Assembly (NCBI GenBank): GCA_035568455.1 | Contig: DATMOB010000022.1 | Coordinates: forward strand, 4,733 to 68,732 | Length of the DNA: 64,000 bases | Reading direction: 5' to 3' | Origin: Granulicella sp. | GTDB lineage: Bacteria > Acidobacteriota > Terriglobia > Terriglobales > Acidobacteriaceae | Shown here: in pieces, positions 8,908 through 19,099 of the stretch | Layout: every line of letters starts with the position of its first letter | How positions within the stretch are numbered: the first letter of the stretch is position 1 | Notes under the pieces: model-generated | Database searches by the model: none | What the model was told of the DNA's origin: nothing | What the model saw: the letters and a program-made list of their open reading frames with translations, nothing else | Position numbers and translations under genes: made by a program

Positions 8908-11900
8908 GATACCTCTTTCCTCTCGATGCGGGGCGGCCGGCGTTCGGTGGGGGTGCGTTCGGTGCCGTTCCTGGTTGTCTGACCGGAGGCGCGCGCCCCG
9001 CGGAGATCACAGGTGAGGCTGATGGTGGTTCCCTGGCCGGGTTCGCTGCGGATGTGGAGCTGGGCTCCGATGTCGGCGGCGCGCTCTTCCATGCCTTTCA
9101 GGCCGAAGTGGCCGGTGGCGACCAGGCCGCCGGGCGCTGGGGTGAAGCCGGTGCCATCATCGTCGATCTGCAGGCGGAGGCGTTCGGTGTCGTAGCTGAG
9201 GGTGACCACGATCTGCCGGGCGCCGGAGTGGCGAATGGAGTTGGTGACCGCCTCCTGGGCGATGCGCAGGAACTCGTTCTCGATGCGGGGTGCGAGGCTG
9301 CGGAAGGCGCCGCGCACGTCGAGCCGGATGGCCGGGCCGTCGGCGTGGCGGCGGGTCTCGATGGCGCTGGCGATGCGCAGCGGGAGGGTGTCGGGCTCGG
9401 TGCCGTTGGCGGAGAGCGGAGAGCGCAGGTTCCAGATGGAGCTGCGCGCCTCGGTGAGCGAGGAGCGGACCAGCTGCTGGGTGATCTCGAGCTGACTGGC
9501 GGCGGCTTCGGGAGAGGTCTTGAGCAGGCGGGAGGTGACCTCGAGCTGCACTGAGACGCCGACGTAGCCCTGGGCGAGGGTGTCGTGAATCTCGCGGGCG
9601 ATGCGGCTGCGCTCGTGCAGCACGGCCTGGTACTGCGCCGCGAGGAAGCGCAGGCGGGAGCGGTAGACCAGATAGCCGAGGCCGAGAAGGGCGACGGCGA
9701 TGAGGAGAAGAAACCAGCTCGTCTGATAGAGGTGGGGTTCGAGGGTGAGCGGAAGCGCAGCGGGGGCGAGGCTCCACACGCCGTCGTTGTTCGCCGCGGA
9801 GACCAGAAAGCGGTAGCTGCCGGGCGGGAGGTTGGTGTAGTAGGCGGTGCGGCGGGTGCCGGCGTCGATCCAGTCGTGGTCGAAGCCCTCGAGCTTATAG
9901 CGGAAGTGGACCTTCTGCGGGGCAGCGAAGCTGAGGCCGGCGTAGTGGAGGGTGAGGCGCTCGGTGCCGGGGGGGAGGGTGAGGCTGCCGCCGGGATGAT
10001 CGTCGCCGCTGGAATGGCCGGTGGCGTCGTCGTCGTTTGTGTCGCCGTTGCCGGCAATCTTCTGGCTAATGCTGTCGATTCTGTCGCCGCTGGAATCGAT
10101 CTTCTCGCTGTTGTTTTCGACCTTCTCGCCATTGCCGTCGATCAGGACCTGTTCGATGGCGGTGAGCGGGGGCACGGGATTGTCGAATCCGGAGCCGGGT
10201 TTGACCTTGGCGACGCCTTTGAGGGTGCTGAACCAGAGGCTGCCATCCTGCGAGCGCCAGGCGGCGGGATGACCGCCGCTGCTGCACTCGGAGATCCTCA
10301 TGCCGTCGGCGATGCCGAAGACGGCGGTGGGAAGCGACGCGGTCTGTTGGTCGGCGAGGGCGTTGAGTGCGGCGATGCCGACCCGGTAGATGCCGCGGCT
10401 GGAGCCGAGCCAGAGGTTCGGAGAGGGTGCGCTGGACCCCTGGCTGGAGTCTTCAAGGATGCTGAAGATCTCCTGCGGAAGATTGCCCTCGGTCGGGTGA
10501 ATGGCGGTGAAGACGCCGTTGCGCAGGCGGGTGAGGCCGGCGGCGTGAGCGGCGATCCAGAGCGTGCCCTGGGAGTCTTCGTGGAGCGTGGTGATGGCGT
10601 CGCCAGCGAGGCCGCCGGGCGCCTGCGGGCTGTGAGTGTAGTTGTGGAAGCCGCGGCCGTCGAAGCTGCTGAGGCCGCCGAGCGTGCCGACCCAGAGCGT
10701 TCCGGAGCGGCTGCGGAGAATGGCGCCGATGACGTCGGAACCTAGGCCGTCCAGCCGGGAGTAGGTGGTAAAGGCTCCTCCGGAGTAGTGGGCGAGGCCG
10801 TTGCGGGTGCCGACCCAGAGCGAGCCGTCGCGATCGGTGTAGAGGGAGCGAACGAAGTCGTCGGGCAGGCCGTCGGCGCTGGTGAGCAGGGTGAGGTTGC
10901 CGTCGTGCAGGCGGCTGAGGCCGTCGGGGGTGCCGATCCAGAGATCGGGATGGCCGGTGGCGGCGGCGGTCTCCGCCAGGGCGAGGACGACGTGGCCGGC
11001 GAGGCTCGGGAGCGAGGAGACACTGCCGTCGCGCAGCCTGTTCAGGCCGCGGTTGGTGCCGATCCAGAGCGTGCCGGCGTGGTCCTGGAAGACGGCGCGG
11101 ACGAAGTCTCCAGAGAGTCCATCGGTGGAGGTGAGGGTGGAGAAGGCCTGTTCGCGCAGGACGGTGAGGCCGCCGGTGTCGGTGCCGAACCACATGTCAC
11201 CCTCGCGGTCTTCGACGACGGAGAGGACGCCGGGAAGGGGGATGGGGGATTGCAGGATCTCTCGGGCGCTGGCTGCGGCCGCGGCGGTGGTGCTCGCGGA
11301 GGTGAGCCGGGCGAGGCCGAGCTCATAGGCGATCCAGAGCGCGCCGGAGCGGTCCTGAAAAAGCTGCAGGACGCGGCCGGAGGTGATGGCGTGGCTGCTG
11401 GGCTGGGCGGCTGCGGGGACAGCTCGCAGCGTCCCGTTGCTGTACTGGGCGAGGCCGGCTGCGGTGCCGATCCAAAGCGTGCCGTTGGGCTCAAGCGCGA
11501 GCGCGGTGATGTTGGCCGAGGGAGTGGGGTGCAGGATCAGGAGCTTGCGGTTGTAGCTGAGCAGGGCGAGGCCGTCGTGGCCGCCGACCCAGAGCTCGCC
11601 CTGGGCGGTGGCGGCGATGGTTTGGAGGGAGCCGATGCCGGCGGGAATCTTCGTGTCGGAGAAGGCGGGGGTGAGGGCGGTGGCGCTGGCGGCGAGGGAG
11701 AGGATCTGGCGGCCGTTGGCGATCCAGAGGGCGCCGTTGGGGCCCTCGGTGACCAGAGCAGGGGAGAGCTCGGCGGTGAGCCCGGGGAGCGGCTGCAGGC
11801 GGCCGGAGAGCAGCAGTGCGGCGCCGCCGGAGGTGAGTACGAGCAGGCCGCCGCCGCGTCTGCGCAGCGTCTGGACGTTGTTCGAGGGCAGGCCGTCGGC

Positions 11901-12323
11901 GGTGGTGTAGCGGGTGAAGCGGGGGTGCAGGGGATCGGCCGTGAGCGCGAGCAGGCCGTCGCTGGTGGCGACCCAGAGCACGCCGCGGTCGTCCTCGGCG
12001 AGGTCGCTGATGAGGTTGCTGTGCAGCTGGGGGAGGTTGGTGGTGTCAAAGGTGAGGAGGTCCTGGCCGTCGAAGCGGACGAGGCCGCCCTCGGTGGCGA
12101 TCCAGAGGAAGCCGTCGCGTGTCTGGAGGACGGCGTGGACGGTGTTCTGCGGCAGGCCGGATTCGGTCTGCCAGGTCTGGCGGCCGTACTCGCGGAGCGG
12201 TTTGGCGGCGGTGAGCGCACGGGCTCTTCCACAACTCGGTGCCGCGAGGATGGTGAGGACGGCAATGAGGAAGAGGCGGAATGGAGAAGAGCTGCGCGTC
12301 ACGGCAGGTGGTCCGAGTTTCAC
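8904..12323 (-). CDS. Sensor histidine kinase with two-component regulator propeller repeats, Y_Y_Y, HisKA_3 and HATPase domains
   Basis: Repeated (D)GxLWIGT units, YTNLPPGSYRFLV, a TM helix, ERSRIAREIHDTLAQG, RIAQEAVTNSIRHS, DDGTGF and GHFGLKGM. Confidence 0.93.
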   Translation of the reverse strand: MKLGPPAVTRSSSPFRLFLIAVLTILAAPSCGRARALTAAKPLREYGRQTWQTESGLPQNTVHAVLQTRDGFLWIATEGGLVRFDGQDLLTFDTTNLPQLHSNLISDLAEDDRGVLWVATSDGLLALTADPLHPRFTRYTTADGLPSNNVQTLRRRGGGLLVLTSGGAALLLSGRLQPLPGLTAELSPALVTEGPNGALWIANGRQILSLAASATALTPAFSDTKIPAGIGSLQTIAATAQGELWVGGHDGLALLSYNRKLLILHPTPSANITALALEPNGTLWIGTAAGLAQYSNGTLRAVPAAAQPSSHAITSGRVLQLFQDRSGALWIAYELGLARLTSASTTAAAAASAREILQSPIPLPGVLSVVEDREGDMWFGTDTGGLTVLREQAFSTLTSTDGLSGDFVRAVFQDHAGTLWIGTNRGLNRLRDGSVSSLPSLAGHVVLALAETAAATGHPDLWIGTPDGLSRLHDGNLTLLTSADGLPDDFVRSLYTDRDGSLWVGTRNGLAHYSGGAFTTYSRLDGLGSDVIGAILRSRSGTLWVGTLGGLSSFDGRGFHNYTHSPQAPGGLAGDAITTLHEDSQGTLWIAAHAAGLTRLRNGVFTAIHPTEGNLPQEIFSILEDSSQGSSAPSPNLWLGSSRGIYRVGIAALNALADQQTASLPTAVFGIADGMRISECSSGGHPAAWRSQDGSLWFSTLKGVAKVKPGSGFDNPVPPLTAIEQVLIDGNGEKVENNSEKIDSSGDRIDSISQKIAGNGDTNDDDATGHSSGDDHPGGSLTLPPGTERLTLHYAGLSFAAPQKVHFRYKLEGFDHDWIDAGTRRTAYYTNLPPGSYRFLVSAANNDGVWSLAPAALPLTLEPHLYQTSWFLLLIAVALLGLGYLVYRSRLRFLAAQYQAVLHERSRIAREIHDTLAQGYVGVSVQLEVTSRLLKTSPEAAASQLEITQQLVRSSLTEARSSIWNLRSPLSANGTEPDTLPLRIASAIETRRHADGPAIRLDVRGAFRSLAPRIENEFLRIAQEAVTNSIRHSGARQIVVTLSYDTERLRLQIDDDGTGFTPAPGGLVATGHFGLKGMEERAADIGAQLHIRSEPGQGTTISLTCDLRGARASGQTTRNGTERTPTERRPPRIERKEVS

Positions 12324-12559
12324 TTCAGTTCGAGAATTCTATGCTTTATGGATTGTCAAGGATGGTACAGGAAGTGGAGTGGCAGAGGGAAGGCAGAAAG
12401 GCGCTTCGCACCGGAGGGTGATGCGAGGTCCGGGGCCGGTGGGCTCCTCCGAGGAGAATGGCGCAACTGCGCGAGAGGAGGCAGAGACGAATAGAGGCCT
12501 CTCCACTGCGCGGCGGACGGGATGACGTCTTCTATTGCTTGCCTTGCGTTGGGGAACTG

Positions 12560-13036
12560 CTATTTGGAGGAGCCGCCGTAGACGGCGGGTTCGCCCAGGC
12601 TGCCGGCCTTGGGCAGGTGGCGGATGTAGAGCACCATGTGCCAGATCTCGCGCTCGGAAAAGTCGCCCTTCGAGGGCGGCATGCCGGAGGGCGAGATGCC
12701 GTTCTCGATGATCCACTTGAGCTGGCCGTCGGTGTAGGACTGGACCTCGGCGCTGGCGAGTGAGGGCACGGGCGGGGAGACGGTGGCGGCGAAGGGGACG
12801 CCGGTGTTCTGGCCGTCGAGGCCGTGGCACACCATGCAGTAGGAGGTGAAGAGCTGCTTGCCGTCGTCGATGTTGTCGGCGGCGGGCGGCTCGGGATTGA
12901 TGTCTTTCTTGCCGCCGATGGTGACGTGGTGCTTGGTCCACGAGATGGCTTTGGTCTCGGTGGGGGAGGGTGGCGTGGAGCGACAGCCGGACAGGAGAGT
13001 GACGGCGAGCAGAAGTAGAAATGCGGTGATCTTCAT
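12560..13036 (-). CDS. Monohaem c-type cytochrome (lipoprotein)
   Basis: Lipobox LLSGC, CMVCH haem motif and distal GMP; start at ATG 13036. Confidence 0.88.
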   Translation of the reverse strand: MKITAFLLLLAVTLLSGCRSTPPSPTETKAISWTKHHVTIGGKKDINPEPPAADNIDDGKQLFTSYCMVCHGLDGQNTGVPFAATVSPPVPSLASAEVQSYTDGQLKWIIENGISPSGMPPSKGDFSEREIWHMVLYIRHLPKAGSLGEPAVYGGSSK

Positions 13037-13253
13037 GGATTGGTAATCGGGGGTCGCTACGAGCAAAAGGACAGAGGTAACGGTAAAGGCGAATACAGGG
13101 GCCTCTCCACTCCAGTGCGAGACTGCCCGCTGCTTCGGTCGAGCTGATGTGCTTGTTGCTCGAACTGGTCGTGTCAGAGCGCTGATCGTTAGAGTGCTTG
13201 TCCCCCATCCTATCGCAGCGAGCTTGCGCTCAGATGGGGGACTTGAGGTGGGG

Positions 13254-14732
13254 TCAGGCGATGATGTCGTGAATGACGTTGCCGGCGACGTCGGTGAGGC
13301 GGAAGTCGCGGCCGCTCGAGCGGAAGGTGAGTTTGGTGTGGTCGATGCCCATCAGATAGAGAATGGTGGCGTGGATGTCGTGGACGTGGGCCGGCTTGTC
13401 GACGACCTTCCAGCCGAAGTCATCGGTGGCGCCGTAGGTGATGCCGCCCTTGATGCCGCCGCCGGCGAGCCACATGCTGAAGCCGTGCGGGTTGTGGTCG
13501 CGACCGGCGTGGGTGCCGGCACCGCCGAGTTCGACCACCGGGGTTCGGCCGAACTCCGAGCCGCAGACGATGATGGTCTCGTCGAGCAGGCCGCGCGCCT
13601 TGAGGTCCTTGATCAGTGCGGCGAAGGGCTGATCGGAGTCCTTGGCGTTCTTGCGATGGGCCTGGATGTCCTGGTGCGCGTCCCAGGGATCGCCCTGGGA
13701 GTAGTAGACCTGCACCATGCGCACGCCCTTCTCGATGAGGCGGGCGGCGGTGAGGCAGCCGCGGGCGGTTGAGCCCTCGCCGTACATCTTGATGGTGGCC
13801 TCGGTCTCCTTGCGCACGTCGAAGACGTCGGGCGCCTCGGTCTGCATGCGGTAGGCGGTCTCCATGGAGCCGATGGTGGCCTCGAGCTGAGGATCTGCCG
13901 GGGCGTCGCCGTAGGTCTCGGCCTCGTTGAGCGCGTCGAGCTTCTTGATCAGGTCCAGCTCCTTGCGCTGCTGCTGGATGTCGAAGCGATCGTTGTGAAT
14001 GTTGGGGATCAGCTTGTAGGGGTCGAAGTCCTTTTGTTTGGTGTCGGTGGTGACGTAGGTGGCCTGGTTCACCGCAGGCAGGAAGCCGGCGCTCCAAAGC
14101 GGCGGCCCGACGGTGGTCGGCACCTGCGGGCAGAGCACGACGAAGCCGGGAAGATTTTTGTTCTCTGTGCCGAGGCCGTAGGTGAGCCATGAGCCCATGG
14201 AGGGCCGGCCGATGATGTTGGCGCCGGTGTTCATCATGATGAGGGCGGGCTCGTGGTTGGGGATCTCCGTGTAGACGGAGCGGACAACGCAGATGTCGTC
14301 GGCGCAGGCGCCCACGTTGGGGAAGAGCTCGGAGACCTCGAGGCCGCTCGAGCCGTAGCGTTTGAACTCGAAGGGCGACTTCATCAGGGTGCCGGTCTTG
14401 CGCTCGTGGCCGAGGTCGCCGCCGGGCATCGGCTGGCCGTGGTATTTGGTCAGCATCGGTTTGTTGTCGAAGCTGTCGATGTGCGAGAGGCCGCCGTTCA
14501 TGAACAGGAAGATGACGTGCTTGGCCTTGGGCTTGAAGTTGGGATCCTTGATCATCCAGGGATTGGTCGCGGCGGTGGTGGCTGCGACCGAGCCTGGGTT
14601 GGCGGCGTCGAGGGCCTCGGCCTGGGCGAGCGACTCGCCGATCATGCTGGCGAAGCTCATCATGGCGAAGCCGCCGCCGATCTTGCGCAGGGCGTCGCGG
14701 CGAGTGACGGGTTTCGGCTTTTGACAGGGCAT
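13254..14732 (-). CDS. DUF1501 family Tat-exported protein
   Basis: Tat motif TRRDAL; KAKHVIFLFMNGGLSHIDSFD, RPSMGSWLTYGLG, SEFGRTP, GRDHNP, LAGGGIKGG and RLTDV are typical of DUF1501. Confidence 0.9.
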   Translation of the reverse strand: MPCQKPKPVTRRDALRKIGGGFAMMSFASMIGESLAQAEALDAANPGSVAATTAATNPWMIKDPNFKPKAKHVIFLFMNGGLSHIDSFDNKPMLTKYHGQPMPGGDLGHERKTGTLMKSPFEFKRYGSSGLEVSELFPNVGACADDICVVRSVYTEIPNHEPALIMMNTGANIIGRPSMGSWLTYGLGTENKNLPGFVVLCPQVPTTVGPPLWSAGFLPAVNQATYVTTDTKQKDFDPYKLIPNIHNDRFDIQQQRKELDLIKKLDALNEAETYGDAPADPQLEATIGSMETAYRMQTEAPDVFDVRKETEATIKMYGEGSTARGCLTAARLIEKGVRMVQVYYSQGDPWDAHQDIQAHRKNAKDSDQPFAALIKDLKARGLLDETIIVCGSEFGRTPVVELGGAGTHAGRDHNPHGFSMWLAGGGIKGGITYGATDDFGWKVVDKPAHVHDIHATILYLMGIDHTKLTFRSSGRDFRLTDVAGNVIHDIIA

Positions 14733-14777
14733 GGGCGGATCTCCTGTGGGCGCGATGTACTTAGTTCAAAAAACGGC

Positions 14778-17700
14778 TTAGTTCAGAAACTCGAATTCGT
14801 TGGAGCTGAAGAGGACACGAGCATACTGCTTCCAGGCGGTGAGCGGCTCCTGGTTGACCAGGTAGCCGGGCTTCTCCGGGGTGTTCTTGAGGAAGTCGAG
14901 GCCGGCCTGCAGCTCGGCCGGAGTGGGCACGCGGCCGAAGAGCAGGCGGTAGGCCTCGGTGATGCGGGCGGTGTCGTCGCCCTTGGGGTAGACGCGCGCG
15001 GCGAACTCGCCGGCCTGCTTGTAGACGAAGGAGTTGTTCATGAAGTAAAGCCGCTGCACCGGCACGTTGGTGGAGAAGCGCTGCTCGGCGGTGAAGGTCG
15101 GATTCGGAAAGTCGAAGGCCTGCAAGAACGAGTCGATGCGGAAGCGGCTGACCTTGGCATAGACCGTGCGGCGGTCGTTGTCGAGGCCGAGCTCCTTGGC
15201 CGGGCCGCCGGCATCTTTGGTGTTGAGATCGCCGGCGACGAAGAGCATGGAGTCGCGCAGCTGCTCGGCGTCGAGCCGCTGCAGCGAGAAGTGGGAGTAG
15301 TAGCGGTTGAGGGGATCCTTGACGTGCGCGTCGGCGGTCTCCTTGCTGCTCTGCTGGTAGACCGCGGAGAGCATGATCCTGCGCTGCAGCTGCTTGAGCG
15401 ACATGCCATCCTTCTCGAAGCGGACGGCAAGGTAGTCGAGCAGCTCGGGGTTCGAGGGCGGATCGCCGACCGCGCCGAAGTTGTCGGCGGTGTTGACGAT
15501 GCCGGTGCCGAAGTGCCACTTCCAGACGCGGTTAACCAGGACCCGGCTGGCCAGCGGGCTGGCGACGATGTCGTTGGCCAGCTCGAGCCGGCCGCTGCCC
15601 TGGGTGTAGGGCTTCTTGTCGGGTGCGCCGAGCACGGTGAGGAAGCCGCGAGGGATCATGTCGCCGTGGGCGTGCGGGTTGCCGCGCAGGTCGAGTGCGA
15701 TGTTGACCGCCTGGGGCTTGTCCGCCAGGCCGTGGACGAAGGGATAGATCTCGTCGACCTTCTTGACGTTCGAGCCGCCGCTCTGCAGGGCGGTGAGGTA
15801 GGCCTGTTCGGCGGGGCCGAGGCGGCGGACCAGCTCCCAGCCGCGGAAGACGAAGAGGCCGGGCAGGCCGCGCTCCTCGAAGATGCCGGTGCCCAGCTGG
15901 CGCACGAAGAGATCCTCGTAGAGGTTGGCCTTCTCCGGGGCGATGACCTTGAGCTCGAGCGTGCAGCCGGGGCAGAACTGGTCGTAGGTGTCGAAGTCGG
16001 AGGGCTTGACATCCTTGGCGCGCTCGGTGGGGACGCCGGCCTTGGCTTTGATCTTCTCGTTCTCGTCGTCGACGGCCTTCTCTTCGACCTCAAGGTCGAG
16101 GATGCGCTGCTGGAAGGAACTGGCGAGGAATTTGGCCTGATCCTCGGTGCCGCCCTGGGCGATCATGAGCTGCCAGTCCTTCAGGTAGGGATAGAAGAGC
16201 GGCTTCTTGGCGAGGAAGGCGATCCAGCGATCGAGCAGCTCGGGATCGAGACGGTCTTTATCCGCGGCCTCGTCCACCTTCATCTTGGGCTTGCCGGCGA
16301 CCCTCCAGGCCGCGACCATGTAGGCGGAGGACTGGGCGGCGAGCGCCTTGGCCAGCTGCTGGGCGGCGGTCTTGGTGTACTCCTGGGCGGCCTCATCCTT
16401 GTCGTTGGCCTGCTTGAAGCGCTGACGCCAGAACTCGACCTCGGAGTCGGGGACGAAGTTGTACTCCTTGTAGGTGGAGCTGGCGAAGACGCCGCCGAGC
16501 GCGTAGTAGTCCTTGGCCAGGATGGGATCGTACTTGTGATCGTGGCAGCGGGCGCAGGCAACGGTCAGGCCGAGGAAGCCGCGGGTGACGGCGTCGATGC
16601 GCTCGTTGCGCTCGTCGGCGCGGCCCTGGATGGGCTCGGCCTGATCCCAGATCCAAGGTGCTCCGCCGAGGAAGCCGGTCCCCTTAAGATCGTCGGCGGT
16701 GGGGTTCTTGCTCAGCAGGTCGCCGGCGAGCTGCATCTTCACGAACTTGTCGTAGGGGACGTCGTCGTTGATCTGTTTGATGACCCAGTCGCGGTAGACC
16801 CAGGCGCCGTCGAGCGGCATGTAGCCGCGGCCGCGGGGATCGAGGCCGCGGATGTCGTCGTCGCCGTAGCGGGCGACGTCGAGCCAGTGCCGGCCCCAGC
16901 GCTCGCCGTAGGCCGGGGAGGCGATCAGGCGGTCGACCACCTTGGCGAAGGCGTCGGGCGAGGGGTCCTTCTCGAAGGCTGCAATCTCCTCGGGCGTGGG
17001 CGGCAGGCCGGTCAGATCGAGCGTCGCCCGGCGGATCAGGGTGCGCTTGTCGGCCATGGGAGCGGGCGTCAGGCCCTTCTCGGCGAGGTTGGCCAGGACA
17101 AAGCGGTCGATGTCGGTTTTTGCCCAGGACTTCGAGGCAGGGTCCTTGAGGACGGGGACGGCGGGGTCCTGAAGCGGAACGAAGGACCACCACTTGCGCA
17201 TGTCGGGCGTGATCTGTTTGCCGGTGCGGACAGGGGTGGTGCTCTGCGGCCAGGGCGCGCCCATGCGGACCCAGTCGGAGAGCGCCTGGATCTCGTCGGC
17301 GGAGAGCTTGGCTCCCTTGGGGGGCATCTTGAGGTCGCCGGTCTGGTGGACAGCGGTGAGCAGAAGGCTCTTTTCGGGGTCGCCGGGCACGATGGCGGGG
17401 CCGGAGTCGCCGCCCTTGAGGATGGAGGCGCGGGAGGTGAGGCTGAGGCCGCCCTTGGCGGCGTCCTGGTGGCAGCTGCCGCAGGAGTTGGCGAAGATGG
17501 GGCGGATCTTGTTCTCGAAGTAGTCGTCGCCGGGCGTACCTTTGGCCTGGGCGGAGGTGAGCAGCGCGACCACCGGCTGGGCAGCCTCTGCGCTATCCCA
17601 GGCAGCGCCGCGACGGACCCACTCGACTAGATTGGCGATGTCGCCGTCGGCGAGCTTCTCGCCCTTGGGGGGCATCTTGAGGTCGCCGGTCTGCTGGATG

Positions 17701-18071
17701 GCCTCGATGAGCAGGCTCTTCTCGGGCTTGCCGGGAACCACCACCGGGCCGGAATCGCCTCCCTTGAGCAGAGCGGCGTGGGAGTCGAGCCGGAGGCCGC
17801 CGGCGGCCTCGGTGGTATGGCAGCGGTAGCAGCTCTGGGCCAGGACGGGGCGAACCTTCTGGGTGAAGAACTGGGTGCTGTCCTCGGCCCCGGAGTCAGC
17901 TGCGGATGGGCTTGTGGCTGTGCTCCGCGCTGCGGCTGAACTGGAGGCGGCTGCGGTCGTCTTCTCCTGCGCAGAGGCCGTCGTGGAGTGGCTCTCGGTC
18001 GAAGCCACGGTGGCGAATGCGGCCAAAGCACAGAGGGCGAGAGTGCGGGCAGAGTTCGAGATAGGACTCAC
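14778..18071 (-). CDS. PSD1/planctomycete cytochrome C protein (two PSCyt1 domains, DUF1549, DUF1553)
   Basis: CxxCH motifs CYRCH, CGSCH and CARCH; LIRRATLDLTGLPPT, YGERWGRHWLD, RVLVNRVWKWHFGTG, RLDAEQLRDSML and RVLFSSNEF. The GTG start at 18071 overlaps the ATPase TGA and is followed by a signal peptide. Confidence 0.9.
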   Translation of the reverse strand: MSPISNSARTLALCALAAFATVASTESHSTTASAQEKTTAAASSSAAARSTATSPSAADSGAEDSTQFFTQKVRPVLAQSCYRCHTTEAAGGLRLDSHAALLKGGDSGPVVVPGKPEKSLLIEAIQQTGDLKMPPKGEKLADGDIANLVEWVRRGAAWDSAEAAQPVVALLTSAQAKGTPGDDYFENKIRPIFANSCGSCHQDAAKGGLSLTSRASILKGGDSGPAIVPGDPEKSLLLTAVHQTGDLKMPPKGAKLSADEIQALSDWVRMGAPWPQSTTPVRTGKQITPDMRKWWSFVPLQDPAVPVLKDPASKSWAKTDIDRFVLANLAEKGLTPAPMADKRTLIRRATLDLTGLPPTPEEIAAFEKDPSPDAFAKVVDRLIASPAYGERWGRHWLDVARYGDDDIRGLDPRGRGYMPLDGAWVYRDWVIKQINDDVPYDKFVKMQLAGDLLSKNPTADDLKGTGFLGGAPWIWDQAEPIQGRADERNERIDAVTRGFLGLTVACARCHDHKYDPILAKDYYALGGVFASSTYKEYNFVPDSEVEFWRQRFKQANDKDEAAQEYTKTAAQQLAKALAAQSSAYMVAAWRVAGKPKMKVDEAADKDRLDPELLDRWIAFLAKKPLFYPYLKDWQLMIAQGGTEDQAKFLASSFQQRILDLEVEEKAVDDENEKIKAKAGVPTERAKDVKPSDFDTYDQFCPGCTLELKVIAPEKANLYEDLFVRQLGTGIFEERGLPGLFVFRGWELVRRLGPAEQAYLTALQSGGSNVKKVDEIYPFVHGLADKPQAVNIALDLRGNPHAHGDMIPRGFLTVLGAPDKKPYTQGSGRLELANDIVASPLASRVLVNRVWKWHFGTGIVNTADNFGAVGDPPSNPELLDYLAVRFEKDGMSLKQLQRRIMLSAVYQQSSKETADAHVKDPLNRYYSHFSLQRLDAEQLRDSMLFVAGDLNTKDAGGPAKELGLDNDRRTVYAKVSRFRIDSFLQAFDFPNPTFTAEQRFSTNVPVQRLYFMNNSFVYKQAGEFAARVYPKGDDTARITEAYRLLFGRVPTPAELQAGLDFLKNTPEKPGYLVNQEPLTAWKQYARVLFSSNEFEFLN

Positions 18072-19099
18072 GGTGTCTCTCCGTCGTGTCGGTCTTGTCC
18101 GTCTTGTCTGTATTGGGGGCCCTGAGTCTCGTCGATTTCTGATGCGCGATCGCCGCGGGAGAAGTGCTCGATGTGGTCGACCAGGTTGAGAAACTCCTCG
18201 CCGTGGGTGCGCAGGCTCATGCCGCCTGCGGCCGGGTTGTTGTTGGGAAGCTTCAGATCGAGCGCGACGCGGGAGCCGCAGTGGTCCTCGCGGCCGGTGC
18301 GGGCGAGCACGATCACCCGGGTGCCGAGGAAGAGCGCCTCGGCGGTGTTGTGGGTGACGAAGACCACCGTCGGGCGGGTCTCGCTCCACACCGAGCGCAG
18401 CAGCCGCTGCAGGCTGGCGCGGGTGGCGGGATCGAGCGCACTGAATGCCTCGTCCATGAGCAGAACGCGGGACTGCATCATCAGCGCCTGGGCGATGGCC
18501 ACGCGCTGCTGCATGCCGCCGGAGAGCTGGTGTGGATACTTGTGCGCGTCGGAGGGCTCGAGTCCCATGTGGGCGAGCTGCCGGTAGGCCTCCTCGTGAA
18601 TGCGGCGGCGGAAGGCGCGGAAGCTCGGGCGCAGCCGGCCGAGGATGTGATACTTCGAGGTCTCGGGCCCCATGGCCAGGTTCTCGAGCACGGTGCGGTC
18701 GGGGAAGAGGGAGTACCGCTGCGGCACGTAGCCGGAGCGGGCATCGACGCGTTCGACGGGCGATCCGGCGACGTGAATCTGACCGGAGGTCGGGCGCTCC
18801 TGGCCGAGGATCATGCGCAGCAGCGTGCTCTTGCCGCAGCCGGTCTCGCCGAGCAGGACGACGAACTCGCCCGGCTCGATGTCGAGCGAGATGTCTTCGA
18901 GCACGGTGCGTCGGGCGTTCTTCTTACCGCCGCGGGCGCTCTTCAGTGCGTAGGAGACGACTACATTCTGGATGCGGATGGCGGCGGCGCCTTCTGGCTG
19001 GACGTGGGGATTCGCCCCCGCGACCTCGACCCTGGGATTGGTCTCCGGGAGGTCCTCATTGGGGCTCTTCAACTCGGGCGCGCTCAAGCCTGAAACCAT
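18068..19099 (-). CDS. ABC transporter ATP-binding protein (TauB/SsuB-like)
   Basis: GETGCGKS Walker A, LSGGMQQR signature and LLMDEAF Walker B. Confidence 0.93.
   Translation of the reverse strand: MVSGLSAPELKSPNEDLPETNPRVEVAGANPHVQPEGAAAIRIQNVVVSYALKSARGGKKNARRTVLEDISLDIEPGEFVVLLGETGCGKSTLLRMILGQERPTSGQIHVAGSPVERVDARSGYVPQRYSLFPDRTVLENLAMGPETSKYHILGRLRPSFRAFRRRIHEEAYRQLAHMGLEPSDAHKYPHQLSGGMQQRVAIAQALMMQSRVLLMDEAFSALDPATRASLQRLLRSVWSETRPTVVFVTHNTAEALFLGTRVIVLARTGREDHCGSRVALDLKLPNNNPAAGGMSLRTHGEEFLNLVDHIEHFSRGDRASEIDETQGPQYRQDGQDRHDGETP

Noticed and set aside
14253-17630. Long + strand ORF (1125 aa) and similar long ORFs at 4771-6840, 10788-12494, 45231-46943 and 61655-63850
   Set aside because: Antisense shadows of well-supported genes in GC-rich DNA; no recognisable motifs.
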